From Octopus sinensis (taxonomy: Eukaryota), in NCBI RefSeq assembly GCF_006345805.1, contig NC_042998.1:9982001-10046000 (forward strand): DNA of 64,000 bases. Reading direction: 5' to 3'. Position numbers and translations under genes: made by a program. Position 1 is the stretch's first letter. Each line of letters opens with the position of its first letter. Positions 49,123-61,166 of this stretch are shown piece after piece. The notes under the pieces are model-generated. The model did not search any database. It was given only the letters and a program-made list of their open reading frames with translations, and was not told the DNA's origin.

Positions 49123-49438
49123 TGGAGGCGCAATGGCCCAGTGGTTAGGGGCAGCGGACTCGCGGTCGGAAGATTGCGGTTTCGATTCCCAGACGGGGCG
49201 TTGTGTGTTTATTGAGCGAAACGCCTAAAAGCTCCACGAGGCTCTGGCAGGGAGTGGTGGCGACCCCTGTTGTACTTTTTCGCCACAACTTTCTCTCATT
49301 CTCTCTTCCTGTTTCTTGAGTAACGCTGCGATGGACTGGCGTCCTGTCCAGCTGGGGGGAACACATACGCCACAGAAACCGGGAAACCGGGCCCACGAGC
49401 CTGGCTAGGCTTGAAAAGGGCGAAGTTTATCGTTTATC
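49123..49438 (+). mobile_element. Chimeric SINE (family C 5' part, family D 3' part) with 16-bp TSD
   Basis: TSD GTAATAGAAA(T/C)ACATG at 49107-49122 and 49439-49454. Confidence 0.85.
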
Positions 49439-50060
49439 GTAATAGAAACACATGCAATCATGCACTTCACCTCATCATTGTCTCGCAAGAAATATCCTGC
49501 GTCGTGCTATACTGGAGACTAGAGTGGAGTGTTGAACCCTTTACTGAGTCCGAAGTTTAGTCGTGTGTCGTACTTTTCAATGTCCCCTCCTTTACATACA
49601 TTTGCGTATTCAAAATTTAAAGTCTGATAAGACATTGAAATTTTCAAAAAATATAAGTCACTTTTTTAATAACAGCTGGAAACCCAGACATATTTAGAAA
49701 ACAATGAAAGCATGTTTGATAGACGAAAACAATGACCCTCTTAACATTATCACATCTGGGTAGTATTTTTAGATAAATTCACCTCCAGATAAAATGCTCT
49801 CGTTCTGATTAACAAACCCCGTCCAAAAAACCTCATGACAAGCAACAATTTACAAATCATTCACAGACGAACAGTTGGCGTCAGAAAATGGGTGTTCAGT
49901 TGCAAAATGCACATCTTAATAAATGATATATATATATCTATATCAGTATTTGTAAAACTACAAATAATACCGCGCATGTGCTTACAGGCAGTAGAACAAT
50001 AAATCTTTCTTGCTAGAAATCAGACTAAAAAGAATCTGCGATTGATTCCAAAATGGATAG

Positions 50061-50482
50061 TAAGTTAAGTTAAGTTAAGTTAATTTTTTGGCTCAAAAAG
50101 CAAAAAGCAAGGCCATGTAGGGGGACATGGAGTTATGTACAGGGAGGGTGTTCATGCAAAGAATTCAGGCCATTTCTGGTCAAGAGAGACTTTGAACCGA
50201 GCGATCGTCGGCATCTTCACTATCTCGTCCGGCAGCTTATTCCACGGATCCGCAACCCGGACGGAGAAAGCTTCTCTTCTTCGATTGAGATGAAATCGTC
50301 GCAGACAGAGCTTTTCGGAGTGACCCCACAGCCGACGCTCTGGAGCAGGAGTGAAGAACAGCTCTTTCGAGAGGTTACACTTTCCGCTTATGATGTTGTG
50401 AGCAAGAATGAGATCACTACGGCGTCGTCGTTTTTCTAGAGAATAAAGGTCGAGCGTCTTCAGCCTTTCTTCATAAGACAGG
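50061..50482 (-). mobile_element. CR1-group LINE 3' end with intact ORF2 C-terminus
   Basis: Open frame LSYEERLKTLDLYSLEKRR...GHSEKL...FSVRVADPWNKLP...FKVSLD...*, then 3' UTR and (AACTT)n tail. Confidence 0.92.
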
Positions 50483-50940
50483 CATTGTAATAGCTAGAGT
50501 GGCATTAAATGGCAAGTGTTCTACACGTGAAGGCGGCGAGCTGGCAGAAACTATTCGCAACGTCAATGAATGTTTTGCGTTTTCCCTCTTTTTCTAGCAT
50601 GTAGCTGGCTGCGAGTACGCGCCATTGAAAAGGTCCAAAAATGCTGAAATGCATCTGACGTTCTCGCTGGCCGCTGCTTATATTTATTGCGTTTTTAACA
50701 AAGCAAGACTAGCCTATCGGATGCTGTCAAATACCGCTGGTCACAGTTCGCTTCACATTGTTTTAACTTTCGAATGACACCACCCGGCTGGTTAGGTGAA
50801 CCGGCCAATATTCCCTTTGATCGCAAAATGGGTAACTTTGTCACAGAGTTACTCATTTACAGCTGAGTGGACTGGAGCAACGTGAAATGAAGTGTTTTGC
50901 TCAAGAACATAACACACCGCTCGGTCCCATGATCCATACC

Positions 50941-51090
50941 CACTAGCATAGCTGGGGGGCAGTCCGCCCCGGGTGGAACTTTTCATCTTGTTGTAGGCCA
51001 TTGCTGTAGGTGATATGTGCTTTTTGCATTGTCCGGAGGCGGCAAACGGAAGGGCCGCCCCGGGTGGCACACACTCTAGCTACGCTAGTG
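50941..51090. mobile_element. 150-bp hAT-like MITE
   Basis: TIR CACTAGC(A/G)TAGCT; 8-bp flanks TCCATACC / TCTATACC. Confidence 0.8.
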
Positions 51091-51104
51091 TCTATACCCT
51101 AAGC

Positions 51105-51323
51105 CAGTGGTTTTCAACCAGGGTTCCGCGGAACCTTAGTGTTCCGCCAGTACAGTCCAGGGGTTCCGCAAGAAGTAACAAAACTGCTAAAATCGGCAGT
51201 AATTTTTAATTTTCCTGTGCAGATATGTGTGCATAAGACTATTAAATTATTGCACAGGGGTTCCCCGAGCCAGTGGAATGCTTCCTTGGGGTTCCGCTCC
51301 AGCAAAAAGTTTGAAAAGCAATG
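51105..51323. mobile_element. hAT/Charlie-like MITE with perfect 8-bp TSD
   Basis: TSD CCCTAAGC at 51097-51104 and 51324-51331. Confidence 0.92.
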
Positions 51324-52178
51324 CCCTAAGCACTAGGCCACGCACCTTCACATAGAAGATATTATCTCAGGATAAATACCAGTTACTGGCCTATCAACAA
51401 TGTGTACACATTAAGTATGATACATAGATGCCCCCCCACACACACACACTTGATATGATCGATGCTTAAGAAAAGAGCCATCATGTTTCGCTAAGTTTTA
51501 CAGAATGTCAACTATAATGAAATATAGCTAGAATCTAGGAGAAGTAAATTTGTCAAAAGAGTAATAAATTCAGACTCAAAGCTAAACGAAAACCAAAAAG
51601 CGAAGAAAAATTCCGACTTCACAACCAAAAATCTTCAGTCAAACTCGAAACAACAAAAAACTATAAAAACACAGATATTAATTACTACACAAGTCATTAA
51701 AAGATTAGTTTATATTTATTTGTTATTTTAATATTTATAATTACATTTCCACCATAAATGTAATTACATTTTTCTGCACATTTATTATTAATTTTCCTTA
51801 ATCCATTCTAATTAAATTCCTATTAGATGAATGCAGAGTTGAAATGTAAAAAAAGGTTTCCCCTCACCTGGTTTAAAAGAACCATCAAAATGACTGCTGC
51901 TGGGATTTTTGCTTTTGCTGTTGTTGTTACATATTGACCTCTGATCTACTCTGATCAAGTTGGCTTAAGATTTACAAATGTTCCAGCATACACAATCCAG
52001 TTTTAGTTTCAGACTTAGCATATCTAAGTCTAAACAGCGAGCTGGTAAGTATCGTTAGCACGTCAAACAAAATGTTAAGCGGCATTTCTTACGGTTCTTT
52101 TAGTTCAAACTTCAAATCCTGCCGAGGCCAATTTTGTCTTTCTTTGGTGGGATTAGAAATTTAAAAATTAAGTAAGAA

Positions 52179-52425
52179 GAGGCGCGTGGCTTAGTGGTTA
52201 GGGTGTTAGCATCATGATCGTAAGATTATGGTTTCGATTCCTGGACCGGGCACGCGTTGTGTTCTTGAGCAAAACACTTCATTTCACGTTGCTCCAGTCC
52301 ACTCAGCCGGCAAAAATGAGTAACGCTGCGATGGACTCGCGTCCCGTCCACCTGGGGAACACATACACCATAGAAACCGGGAAACCGGACCCATGAACCT
52401 GGCTAGGCTTTAAAAGGGCGCATTT
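52179..52425 (+). mobile_element. SINE family D
   Basis: tRNA-like head (TGGCTTAGTGG, GGTTTCGATTCC), conserved central segment, tail GGCTAGGCTTTAAAAGGGCG. Confidence 0.9.
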
Positions 52426-52599
52426 ATTATTATTTTTATTTAAGAAGATGCAGAGTACACATATTTGATTTTCCCTCCTTTTTTCTTTTTCTTGCTTACT
52501 TATTACGAAGTTCTTAAAATTTCTAATCACTGCTAATCATGTATAGCACTATTTTATTCTTAGAAATCCCCAGCATGGTATAACATGAGATGTATTAAT

Positions 52600-52958
52600 A
52601 AAATTTTCGTTTTTGGATTTGGTTTGCAAGATTCTTTATGCGAGTTCGTGTGTTGAAGCATATTCTGTTGTGTCTGGGAAGAGTCATTTTCTTTTTGTGC
52701 CTTATAATTTAACACACCAGTAAAATTTCCACTTATTTCTTATTTTTATTATCCTAAAATTTTCGTTGCGTCATGCAACCTTTTCAATAGTCTTGACTCG
52801 GGCAACCTTTTCAGTAGTCAAGACTATTGAAAAGGTTGCAAGACGCAACGAAAATTTTAGGAAAATAAAAATAAGAAATAAGTGGAAATTTTACCGGTGA
52901 GTGTGTTACATTATAAGGCACAAAAAGAAAATGACTCTCCCCAGACACAACAGAATAT
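52600..52958. mobile_element. Head-to-head inverted pair of Penelope-like 3' ends/pLTRs, each with an HHR-like motif
   Basis: Arms 52660-52798 and 52816-52958; motif UUGAAAA-G-GUUGC-loop-GCAAC-GAAA on each strand; related 3' end at 23488-23560. Confidence 0.7.
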
Positions 52959-53184
52959 TAATAAAATATTGTTTTAAAACACTTTTATGAAGCGACTTCT
53001 AATAAATGGAAATTAGTAAAAGCTTGGAAGAAATTAATGTAATGCGTTATCTTTTACTTATCTCTTAATAGAACATTAGTAGTTTAACAATTGGGAGAAA
53101 AGAGAGAGACAGTTCTTTGTCTCAACATACAGGGTAACAGTTTCAAGGAGTTCTACTTTGTGAAAGCGTGTATTAGTAGCAAGT

Positions 53185-53557
53185 GTGGAGGCGCAATGGC
53201 CCAGTGGTTAGGGCAGCGGACTCGCGGTCATAGGATCGCGGTTTCGATTCCCAGACCGGGCGTTGTGAGTGTTTATTGAGCGAAAACACCTAAAAGCTCC
53301 ACGACGCTCCGGTAGGGGATGGTGGTGATCCCTGCTACTTTCTCTCACTCTTACTTCCTGTTTCTGTTGTACCTGTATTTCAAGGGGCCGGCCTTGTCAC
53401 TCTCTGTGTCACGCTGAATATCCCCGAGAACTACGTTAAGGGTGCACGTGTCTGTGGAGTGCTCAGCCACTTACACGTTAATTTCACGAACAGGCTGTTC
53501 CGTTGATTCGGATCAACCGGAACCCTCGTCGTCGTAACCGACGGAGTGCTTCCATCC
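53185..53557 (+). mobile_element. SINE family C, full length, 13-bp TSD
   Basis: TSD ATTAGTAGCAAGT at 53172-53184 and 53558-53570; A box TGGCCCAGTGG, B box GGTTTCGATTCC. Confidence 0.93.
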
Positions 53558-53973
53558 ATTAGTAGCAAGTAAACAGAAAGAAGGGAAAAGGAAACCATAT
53601 TTGTATCTTCTATTGACATTGAATGACATTTGTTTCTCAAGGAATTTCCACGGTTCATTTGTCGATCTGTTGACGCATGGAAGGAAGTATATATAATAAA
53701 ACTAGGTAAGGATTTATGTAACAAATTGAGCAATAACTAAAATCTGAAGACAAAACCTCTCTGTGACCGCTTGACCTGCTATAAATAACAGAGAACTCTT
53801 CGTCAGAATACATTCTACCGTTTTGAAAAGAGAAACGACACATGTCGGGATTATGACTTCATCATAGGTTTCTTCAATTAGAGCTGACCTGAACAACAAC
53901 ATCAACAACATCGACTCATTTATTTCTATTTCACACACCAAAAAAAAAAGAAAAAAAAAAGAAACACAAACAT

Positions 53974-54145
53974 AGGCGCAGGAGTGGCTGTGTGATAAGT
54001 AGCTTGTTTACCAACCACATGGTTCCGGGTTCAGTCCCACTGCGTGGCATCTTGGGCAAGTGTCTTCTGCTATAGCCCCGGGCCGACCAAAGCCTTGTGA
54101 GTGGATTTGGTAGACGGAAACTGAAAGAAGCCTGTCGTATATATG

Positions 54146-54197
<52 letters not shown>

Positions 54198-54390
54198 CTG
54201 TGTTTGTCCCCCTAGCATTGCTTGACAACCGATGCTGGTGTGTTTACGTCCCCGTCATTTAGCGGTTCGGCAAAAAGAGACCGATAGAATATAAGTACTG
54301 GTCTTACAAAAGAATAAGTCCCGGGGTCGAGTTGCTCGATTAAAGGCGGTGATCCAGCATGGCCGCAGTCAAATGACTGAAACAAGTAAC
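53974..54390 (+). mobile_element. SINE family A
   Basis: Full-length copy. Confidence 0.9.
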
Positions 54391-54786
54391 AAAAAAAAGA
54401 AAAAAAAAAGAAAAAGAAACACTAACATCCCCAGGTAATGTTCTTTTAAATCAGCGAGAACAGAAGGACATCTGTACTTAAAACTTTACATGTGTGGTGA
54501 GTCGGTTCATTTCCACCGAAACAGCTGCAACCCCCTTAAAAGGAACATCCCTTCAAGACCTTAACCAGATAGCTTACTCTTCGTAATTCCCCGCTGTGTA
54601 TGTTAAAGGTATATATAAATACGTGCAATCGTAGCCTGCATGGCCAAACTTCCGTTGTTTCCCGAGTAACAGCTGTGCTTTCAGGTCATTTACTAAGCAC
54701 ATTTCACTTAATTTCCCTATTTCGTCTTCCTCAAAATTCGTCGAACCCCAGCTAACTTTGAACATCTGATCTTAAAGGCAATATAT

Positions 54787-54825
<39 letters not shown>

Positions 54826-55652
54826 TGTTTGTGTGTGCGCGCGTATATATATCTTTATATTTATATATATATCATTAGTTACCCTCATCTATCTCTGTCT
54901 ATCTGTCTATCTGTCTGTCAGTCTATCTAGCTTTCTATCTATGGGTATGTGTATGTATATGTATATCACAGTGACCGACCAGGCTATCAGATGCTGCTAC
55001 ACATCGCTGGTCACAATGCGCTTCGCATTGTTTTAGCCTTCAAATGACGCCACCCCGCTGGCTAAGCGAGCATATATCTATGTTTGTGGTTAGCTTTACT
55101 CTTATGACACGCATGATTTTCTCTGATTGACCAGCAGACATTACGTGTATTTTTAACGCCAAGGAAGCCCTACTTATATGGTACAATTCGAAAGGTGAAC
55201 TACAAGTAAACTATGTTATAAAGTTAGATTACCTCTCTGAACTATATGATTATTGCTGTCTTTAAATATTTCACTTGACTATTTAAGCATCAGATTAAGC
55301 ATCAAAGTTTTTCGACCATCGGCCCCCTTAGCCACTTCTCCTTCAGCATCGACCCCCCCCCCCCCCCCGCCACTTCTCCTTCCGCATCGACCACCCTCCT
55401 CATTTAGAATGCGTACCTGGCACTGATGCTAGCATTTAAAATGTTAGCTAAAATATACATGTACGACAAATTAAGAAATTCTATTGAAGATGACACTTTT
55501 TACGTTTAAAATGACGTGTACGAGTGTATAGTATTAAACTTTCAATTTACATTATCGAGCGATTACTGTTTCAATCTCATTCTGAGATTTAATTATGCTT
55601 ACTGTTCGTTTTTCGACATCAGTAGCAGACGCCATTAGAAAAACTTATATAT

Positions 55653-55782
55653 GTTTGCAAAGAGGCCTTCACTTTCATCGCGACCTGGTGGTTACCGCCC
55701 GTTGACGAGGGACAACAATCCCGAAACTAGTTCGAGCGTATCACTCAGGCTTGCGAGGAAGGGATGGCCTCCCTTTGCAAAC
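55653..55782 (+). ncRNA. Minimal hammerhead ribozyme candidate at the tip of a long interrupted hairpin
   Basis: UUGACGA 55702-08; GGGA/UCCC stem II; GAAA 55723-26; palindromic ACUAGU stem III; U17 at 55732. Stem I extends through CCUG/CAGG, UCGCGA/UUGCGA, AGGCC/GGCCU and GUUUGCAAAG/CUUUGCAAAC. Confidence 0.75.
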
Positions 55783-56202
55783 ACTCCAAGGACACTGATA
55801 TTGTGTCTAAAACCAGCTGGAGACGAAGGTCTCTTGGGGCTATAAAGCCACAGTAGCACCCCCTCCCCCAATGTGGTTAGCCATGATAAGATGGCTTCTA
55901 TACTTTACATTTTATGAAATTGTTTTCACGGTTAGAAAATGTGAAAAACGCATCTTATTGCTGGAATATCTTTTATTGAAATTGACAACATCAATGTGAA
56001 GGATGAGCATGGGGATCCTGAATCAAGGCATTGATATCAGGCTGAATGTTGGTCAGTTTCAGTCTCAAATCACCTCGTGCAAAGCTGAAGCCAGCTTCCA
56101 CCATGTAAGGCCTGGGAAATGCCAGAAGGAATGGCCAGAAGGAATCTTCAACACGGCATAACTCAAGACAAATTAACTAAGCTAAATTCAACAAGCTTCA
56201 TA

Positions 56203-56372
56203 ATGGCTGTGTGGTAAGTAGCTTGCTAACCAACCACATGATTCCGGGTTCAGTCCCACTGCGTGGCACCTTGGCAAGTGTCTTCTGCTATGCTATAGCC
56301 CCGGCCGACCAATGCCTTGTGAGTGGATTTGGTAGACGGAAACTGAAAGAAGCCTGTCGTATATATGTAATA

Positions 56373-56430
<58 letters not shown>

Positions 56431-56640
56431 TTGTGTGTCTGTGTTTGTCCCCCTAGCATTGCTTGACAACCGACGCTGGTTTGTTTATGTCCCTGTTACT
56501 TAGCGGTTCGGTAAAAAGAGACCGATAGAATAAGTACTGGGCTTACAAAAGAATAAGTCCCGGGGTCGATTTGTTTGACTAAAGGCTGTGCTCCAGCATG
56601 GCCGCAGTCAAATGACTGAAACAAGTAAAAGAGAAAAAAA
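56203..56640 (+). mobile_element. SINE family A
   Basis: Near full-length copy. Confidence 0.9.
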
Positions 56641-57174
56641 GAGAGAGTAAAGATTTCTTAGAAAGAGAGGAATTAATTCACAGTTTAAAGACATATTTCA
56701 ATTCGAGTTTTTTCTCTTCTTTATCCTAAATCGTTAACTATTCTAGCAATTGAGAAAAGAGAAAAGGGAACAAAAGAATACCTTACAGCAGGTAAAATAT
56801 TTTCATAGCATCTCAGTTTGCGGAGAAGTTGTTTTTTTTTCTTGTAGCCATATTAGATATTTTTGCTACGAACTAGTTGTAAGCCGTTTTTGTATTTTTC
56901 GTCCCAAGTGCACCAATGCAAATATTTTTTTTTGCCCCGAACACTGAACATTGGGTTTTATATTTCAACTGGACATAAGAATGAGGGAACCAAAAATTTA
57001 AATCTGGATGCCTTTTGTGTTACCTCCTCTGAGCCAGACTTTCCAAATCTGTCTACTATTTTATTCTTTTTACTAACTATTTCTTCTTCAGAACTTCATC
57101 ATATCGGAACTCTCTTTCGTTCTGTTTTCTCCCTCTCCCCCTCTTTTCTTACAAACATTAATATTTCCCAAAAG

Positions 57175-57252
57175 GCATTAAGCGCCATAAACGAAGTAGA
57201 ATGGAAATCGAAAACCAAGAAGCGAAACTGGGTCGCTATATTAAATCACCAG
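57175..57252 (+). CDS. Candidate 78-nt exon (IKRHKRSRMEIENQEAKLGRYIKSP in the phase 1-1 reading)
   Basis: Purine-rich island after a pyrimidine tract, AAG acceptor, CAG|GTACTT donor; two frames open; no homology evidence. Confidence 0.22.
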
Positions 57253-58107
57253 GTACTTCCCGCTCGCGATATGGCGCACAAACACGTTTCTCTCTCCAAC
57301 CACAATCTCAATGATTCATTCATAAACTTAAGATTCCCATTCATATCAACCAGCCATTGTGTATTATGTCAAACTGTTACTAGACAATATTAATACGATT
57401 ATCATCATTTTCCTTTTCCTTTTTTTCCCCCTTCTCTTTATTTTTACAAGCATCCATCATCACCATTAACGCTCCCATAATCACTTCTATCACTGTTACA
57501 AACACCATCATAATCATCGCCCTCACCATCCGTTACGAAGCTATACAGAAACACTTTACTAACATCCACAGTTCATATTTCGAAGCAATTCTCTGGAGAC
57601 GTTGTTTCACTTAACCCAAACTAAATTCTCGTCAGTTTCTATTTAGTTCAGCTATTGTTGTTTCTTTGTTCTTACTACTTCTGCTGTTCTTGGTATTATT
57701 GTTGTTGCTACTTCTGTTGTTGTAGTTGTTGCTTTTGTTATTGTTTTTATTTCAGAGAGCCATAACTCAAATTATACAACAAAAATCTACTCCAGTTTCT
57801 ATTCTTGTATTCTCTTGAGTGACTCTACAATACTTCTATTCGCCGTTGTATGCAATGTGAGTTGATCTAAAGCATCCAATACCACGAATGTGCTGTCTCG
57901 AGAAATAATACGTTAAAACAGACAACACCAGAGAACTAAATATTCCCACCTATGGAAAGGTCGCCTAACACACACACACACATGAAATACAAACCAGCCA
58001 TATAAATCATTAAGGGCTTACAGCTGTATTTAGATGACCCGGTCCTCCTGTCTAGACAAGGATAACAGATCTATGAGCCACAACCTTTATTATTTTATAA
58101 CCCATAA

Positions 58108-58550
58108 GGGCGGCGAGCTGGCAGAATCGTTAGCACGCCGGGCGAAATGCGTAGCCGTATTTCGTCTGCCGCTACGTTCTGAGTTCAAATTCCACCGAGG
58201 TCGACTTTGCCTTTCATCCTTTCGGGGTCGATAAATTAAGTACCAGTTACGCACTGGGGTCGATCTAATCGATTAAAACCCTTTGTTTGTCCTTGTTTGT
58301 CCCCTCTATATCTAGCCCCTTGTGGGCAATAAAGAAATAAGAATCGTTAGCACGCCGGACGAAATGTTCAGCAGCATTTCGTCCGTCTTTACATTCTGAG
58401 TTCAAATGCCACTGAAGTCGACTTTGCCTGTCATCCTTTCGAGGTCGATAAATTAAATACTAGTGAAACACTGGGTCGATGTAATCGATTAGTCCTTTCC
58501 CCTAAAATTTCGGGACTTGTACCTTTAGTAGAAAAGATTATTTTACAACC
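58108..58550 (+). mobile_element. SINE family B joined to an older related SINE body
   Basis: Young copy at 58108-58338 whose tail abuts AGAATCGTTAGCACG of the older copy. Confidence 0.85.
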
Positions 58551-59376
58551 CTTTCCACCTACCCCTAAATGGCACATATATTTATGGAATTATGGAATGT
58601 GCAGCCACTTCCACATTAATTCAAAGGCAAGTAATTCTTTTGATCGAACAGCTGAATTCTCATTGTCAAACAACGATTTATCCATTTTGGAATGGATAAA
58701 TTTCAAATTGAAAGGTGTTCTTGACTCATGCATATACACAGACTGCGCTCTTATTACTTGTTAGCTCTTATGATAATTTAGTTTATTAAATTATTTGTTT
58801 AAAAATTGCCTTCTGGTATTCCATCACACATGCTTCTCAAAAGCTCACTCACAGGACTATTCCACGAACACTTTCATACTATAGATTAAAAACTACACTC
58901 ACAAAAATATCATCATCATTGTAATAGGTTAGAATAGCAAAAAGGAAATTTGGAAATGATGGAGTTCTCTCGAAAAAAACAATAATAGCAGTAAAGGGTC
59001 TCACCTCCAGATATTAGAAGTTTTACACACACACATACACACACAACGTAACAGCGTGCTCGTGAAATTAACGTGCAAGTGGCTGAATACTCCACAGAAA
59101 CGTGTACTCTCAACGTAGTTCTCATGGAGATTCTGCGTGACACAGAACGTGACAAGTCTGGCCCTTTGAATTACATGTACTGCTAATTTTTGCCAGCGGA
59201 GTGAACTGGAGCAACGCGAAATGAAATGTCGTGTTCGAGGACACAACGCAACGCCGAGAAGTGAACTCGCGACCTTACGATTGTGAGCCGAATGCCCTAA
59301 CCATTTAGTCACGCACCTTCTTCCCACCCCCTACACACACACAAGCCTTCACAGTATAGTCATACAAACATGTCAA

Positions 59377-59670
59377 GGATCTTTTCCTTTTGATGGACGG
59401 AATTTCTAGTTAACTAAACAATTTGAAACTTCGTATACTGGTAGAATGTGTCAAAAGAAAACATTATTAACGCAGCAAATGATTTTAGCTCAAATGCTGG
59501 CAATTCATTGGTTAAAATTCGAAGAATTAAACTACGTTAAACTTACAAAATACAATTTTCTCAAAAAAGCCAAGTGAAAATAATGTTTTCTTTTGACACA
59601 TTCTACCAGTATACGAAGTTTCAAATTGTTTAGTTAACTAGAAATTCCGTCCATCAAAAGGAAAAGATCC
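59377..59670. mobile_element. Merlin-like MITE with ~88-bp perfect TIRs
   Basis: GGATCTTTTCC...GGAAAAGATCC termini; flanks CATGTCAA / CAGGTCAA. Confidence 0.9.
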
Positions 59671-59848
59671 CAGGTCAAATTTACCGTAGATTGGAAGCAA
59701 TGACAAACAACTTAATCGAGTTTCGATCCTTATTAGGTCCTCATCAGAGGTATCTACATCACTGGACCAATCTCAGAGAAACAAGGAGCCAATCACTTTA
59801 TATTACACCACATCGAATCTAGTGCTTCCAGAGAACTGAAGCTACTAA

Positions 59849-59891
<43 letters not shown>

Positions 59892-60464
59892 TGGCTAATA
59901 TGACTGAAATTATTTTAACCACAACATCCAGTCTCATATCAAATCACTTGTCAGATAATTAAAATGTAATTAAAATGTTTACAAATACAATCTTATATGA
60001 TATAATGAAGCAGTGTCATTTGATCTATCGGCTGGGTCAAAAGAAAAACAGAAATGCTATGATTAATTAATTAATCCACAAGTTGATGTATACAGCTAGA
60101 GTTAACATTTAGCTGTGGTATTCGAAGCATCGCTGATGTTGTTTCGATAGCCTTAAAGAATCACCTTACTCAACATATATAAATTATACGTACAACTCGA
60201 ACATAAAATGTTTTAGTTTTCATTCTGTGTTTAGTTGCGATAAAGATAATTTTAACAGTTGTCAAACTAAGCACAATGTGCTAATTGATACATCCACTTG
60301 GAAGCTACGCAGAATGTTTTAAATAGCTATAAAGCTTTTAAAGCCAGACGGCGAAGTTTAACGGAAAGTGACGAAGGATAATGATCGAGAAACCGGTCTT
60401 GCAGTGACTTCTGCCGTTTTGCACACGACTTGGAGGTGTATCCTGATTCGAAAAGATTCACTAT

Positions 60465-60860
60465 ACTCTTTTACTTGTTTCAGTCATTTGACTGCGGCCA
60501 TGCTGGAGCACTGCCTTTAGTCGAGCAAATCGTCCCCGGGACTTATTCTTCGTAAGCTCAGTACTTATTCTATCGGTCTCTTATGCCGAACCGCTAAGTG
60601 ACGGGGACCTAAACACACCACCATCAGTTGTCAAGCAATGCTAGGGGGACAAACACACACATACATACACATATATATATATATACATATATACGACAGG
60701 CTTCTTTCAGTTTCCGTCTACCAAATCCACTCACAAGGCATTGGTCGGCCCGGGGCTATAGCAGAAGACACTTGCCCAAGGTGCCACGCAGTGGGACTGA
60801 ACCCGGAACCATGTGGTTGGTTAGCAAGCTACTTACCACACAGCCACTCCTGCGCCTATA
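60465..60860 (-). mobile_element. SINE family A
   Basis: Full-length reverse-complement copy. Confidence 0.9.
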
Positions 60861-61014
60861 ACTACTTATGTTTTAACATAATATAGAAATGTACTTCGAT
60901 ATGCAGATATTTCTACATTGCGATACAGAAATATACCAGAAAATTTAAAAAAAAACAAAGCAAAACAAAAACAAAACAAATGTAAGTAAATTAAAAACAA
61001 AACGTTTTGTCTCG

Positions 61015-61134
61015 TTTATCATCTCCACTAAACATCATCATCATCATCATCATCATCACCGACATTATGACAACTACTAGAATTACCACAACCAACATTA
61101 CCCTGACTGCCACTACACCAACATTACCATAACC

Positions 61135-61166
<32 letters not shown>

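Larger units (their letters stand above)
50853..51352 (-). mobile_element. SINE family D interrupted by two MITEs
   Basis: Head at 51352-51324 and body at 50940-50853. Confidence 0.75.

Noticed and set aside
53185-53265. tRNA-like sequences with A and B boxes (here and at many other SINE heads)
   Set aside because: No complete cloverleaf, and each continues into a SINE body with a TSD; not tRNA genes.
53714-53888. Minus-strand exon candidate SALIEETYDEVIIPTCVV..
   Set aside because: Acceptor present, but no clear donor or homology.
56863-57393. 176-aa plus-strand ORF
   Set aside because: Mostly pyrimidine-rich F/L/S sequence with no recognisable motif; only the 78-nt purine-rich core is kept, as a weak exon candidate.
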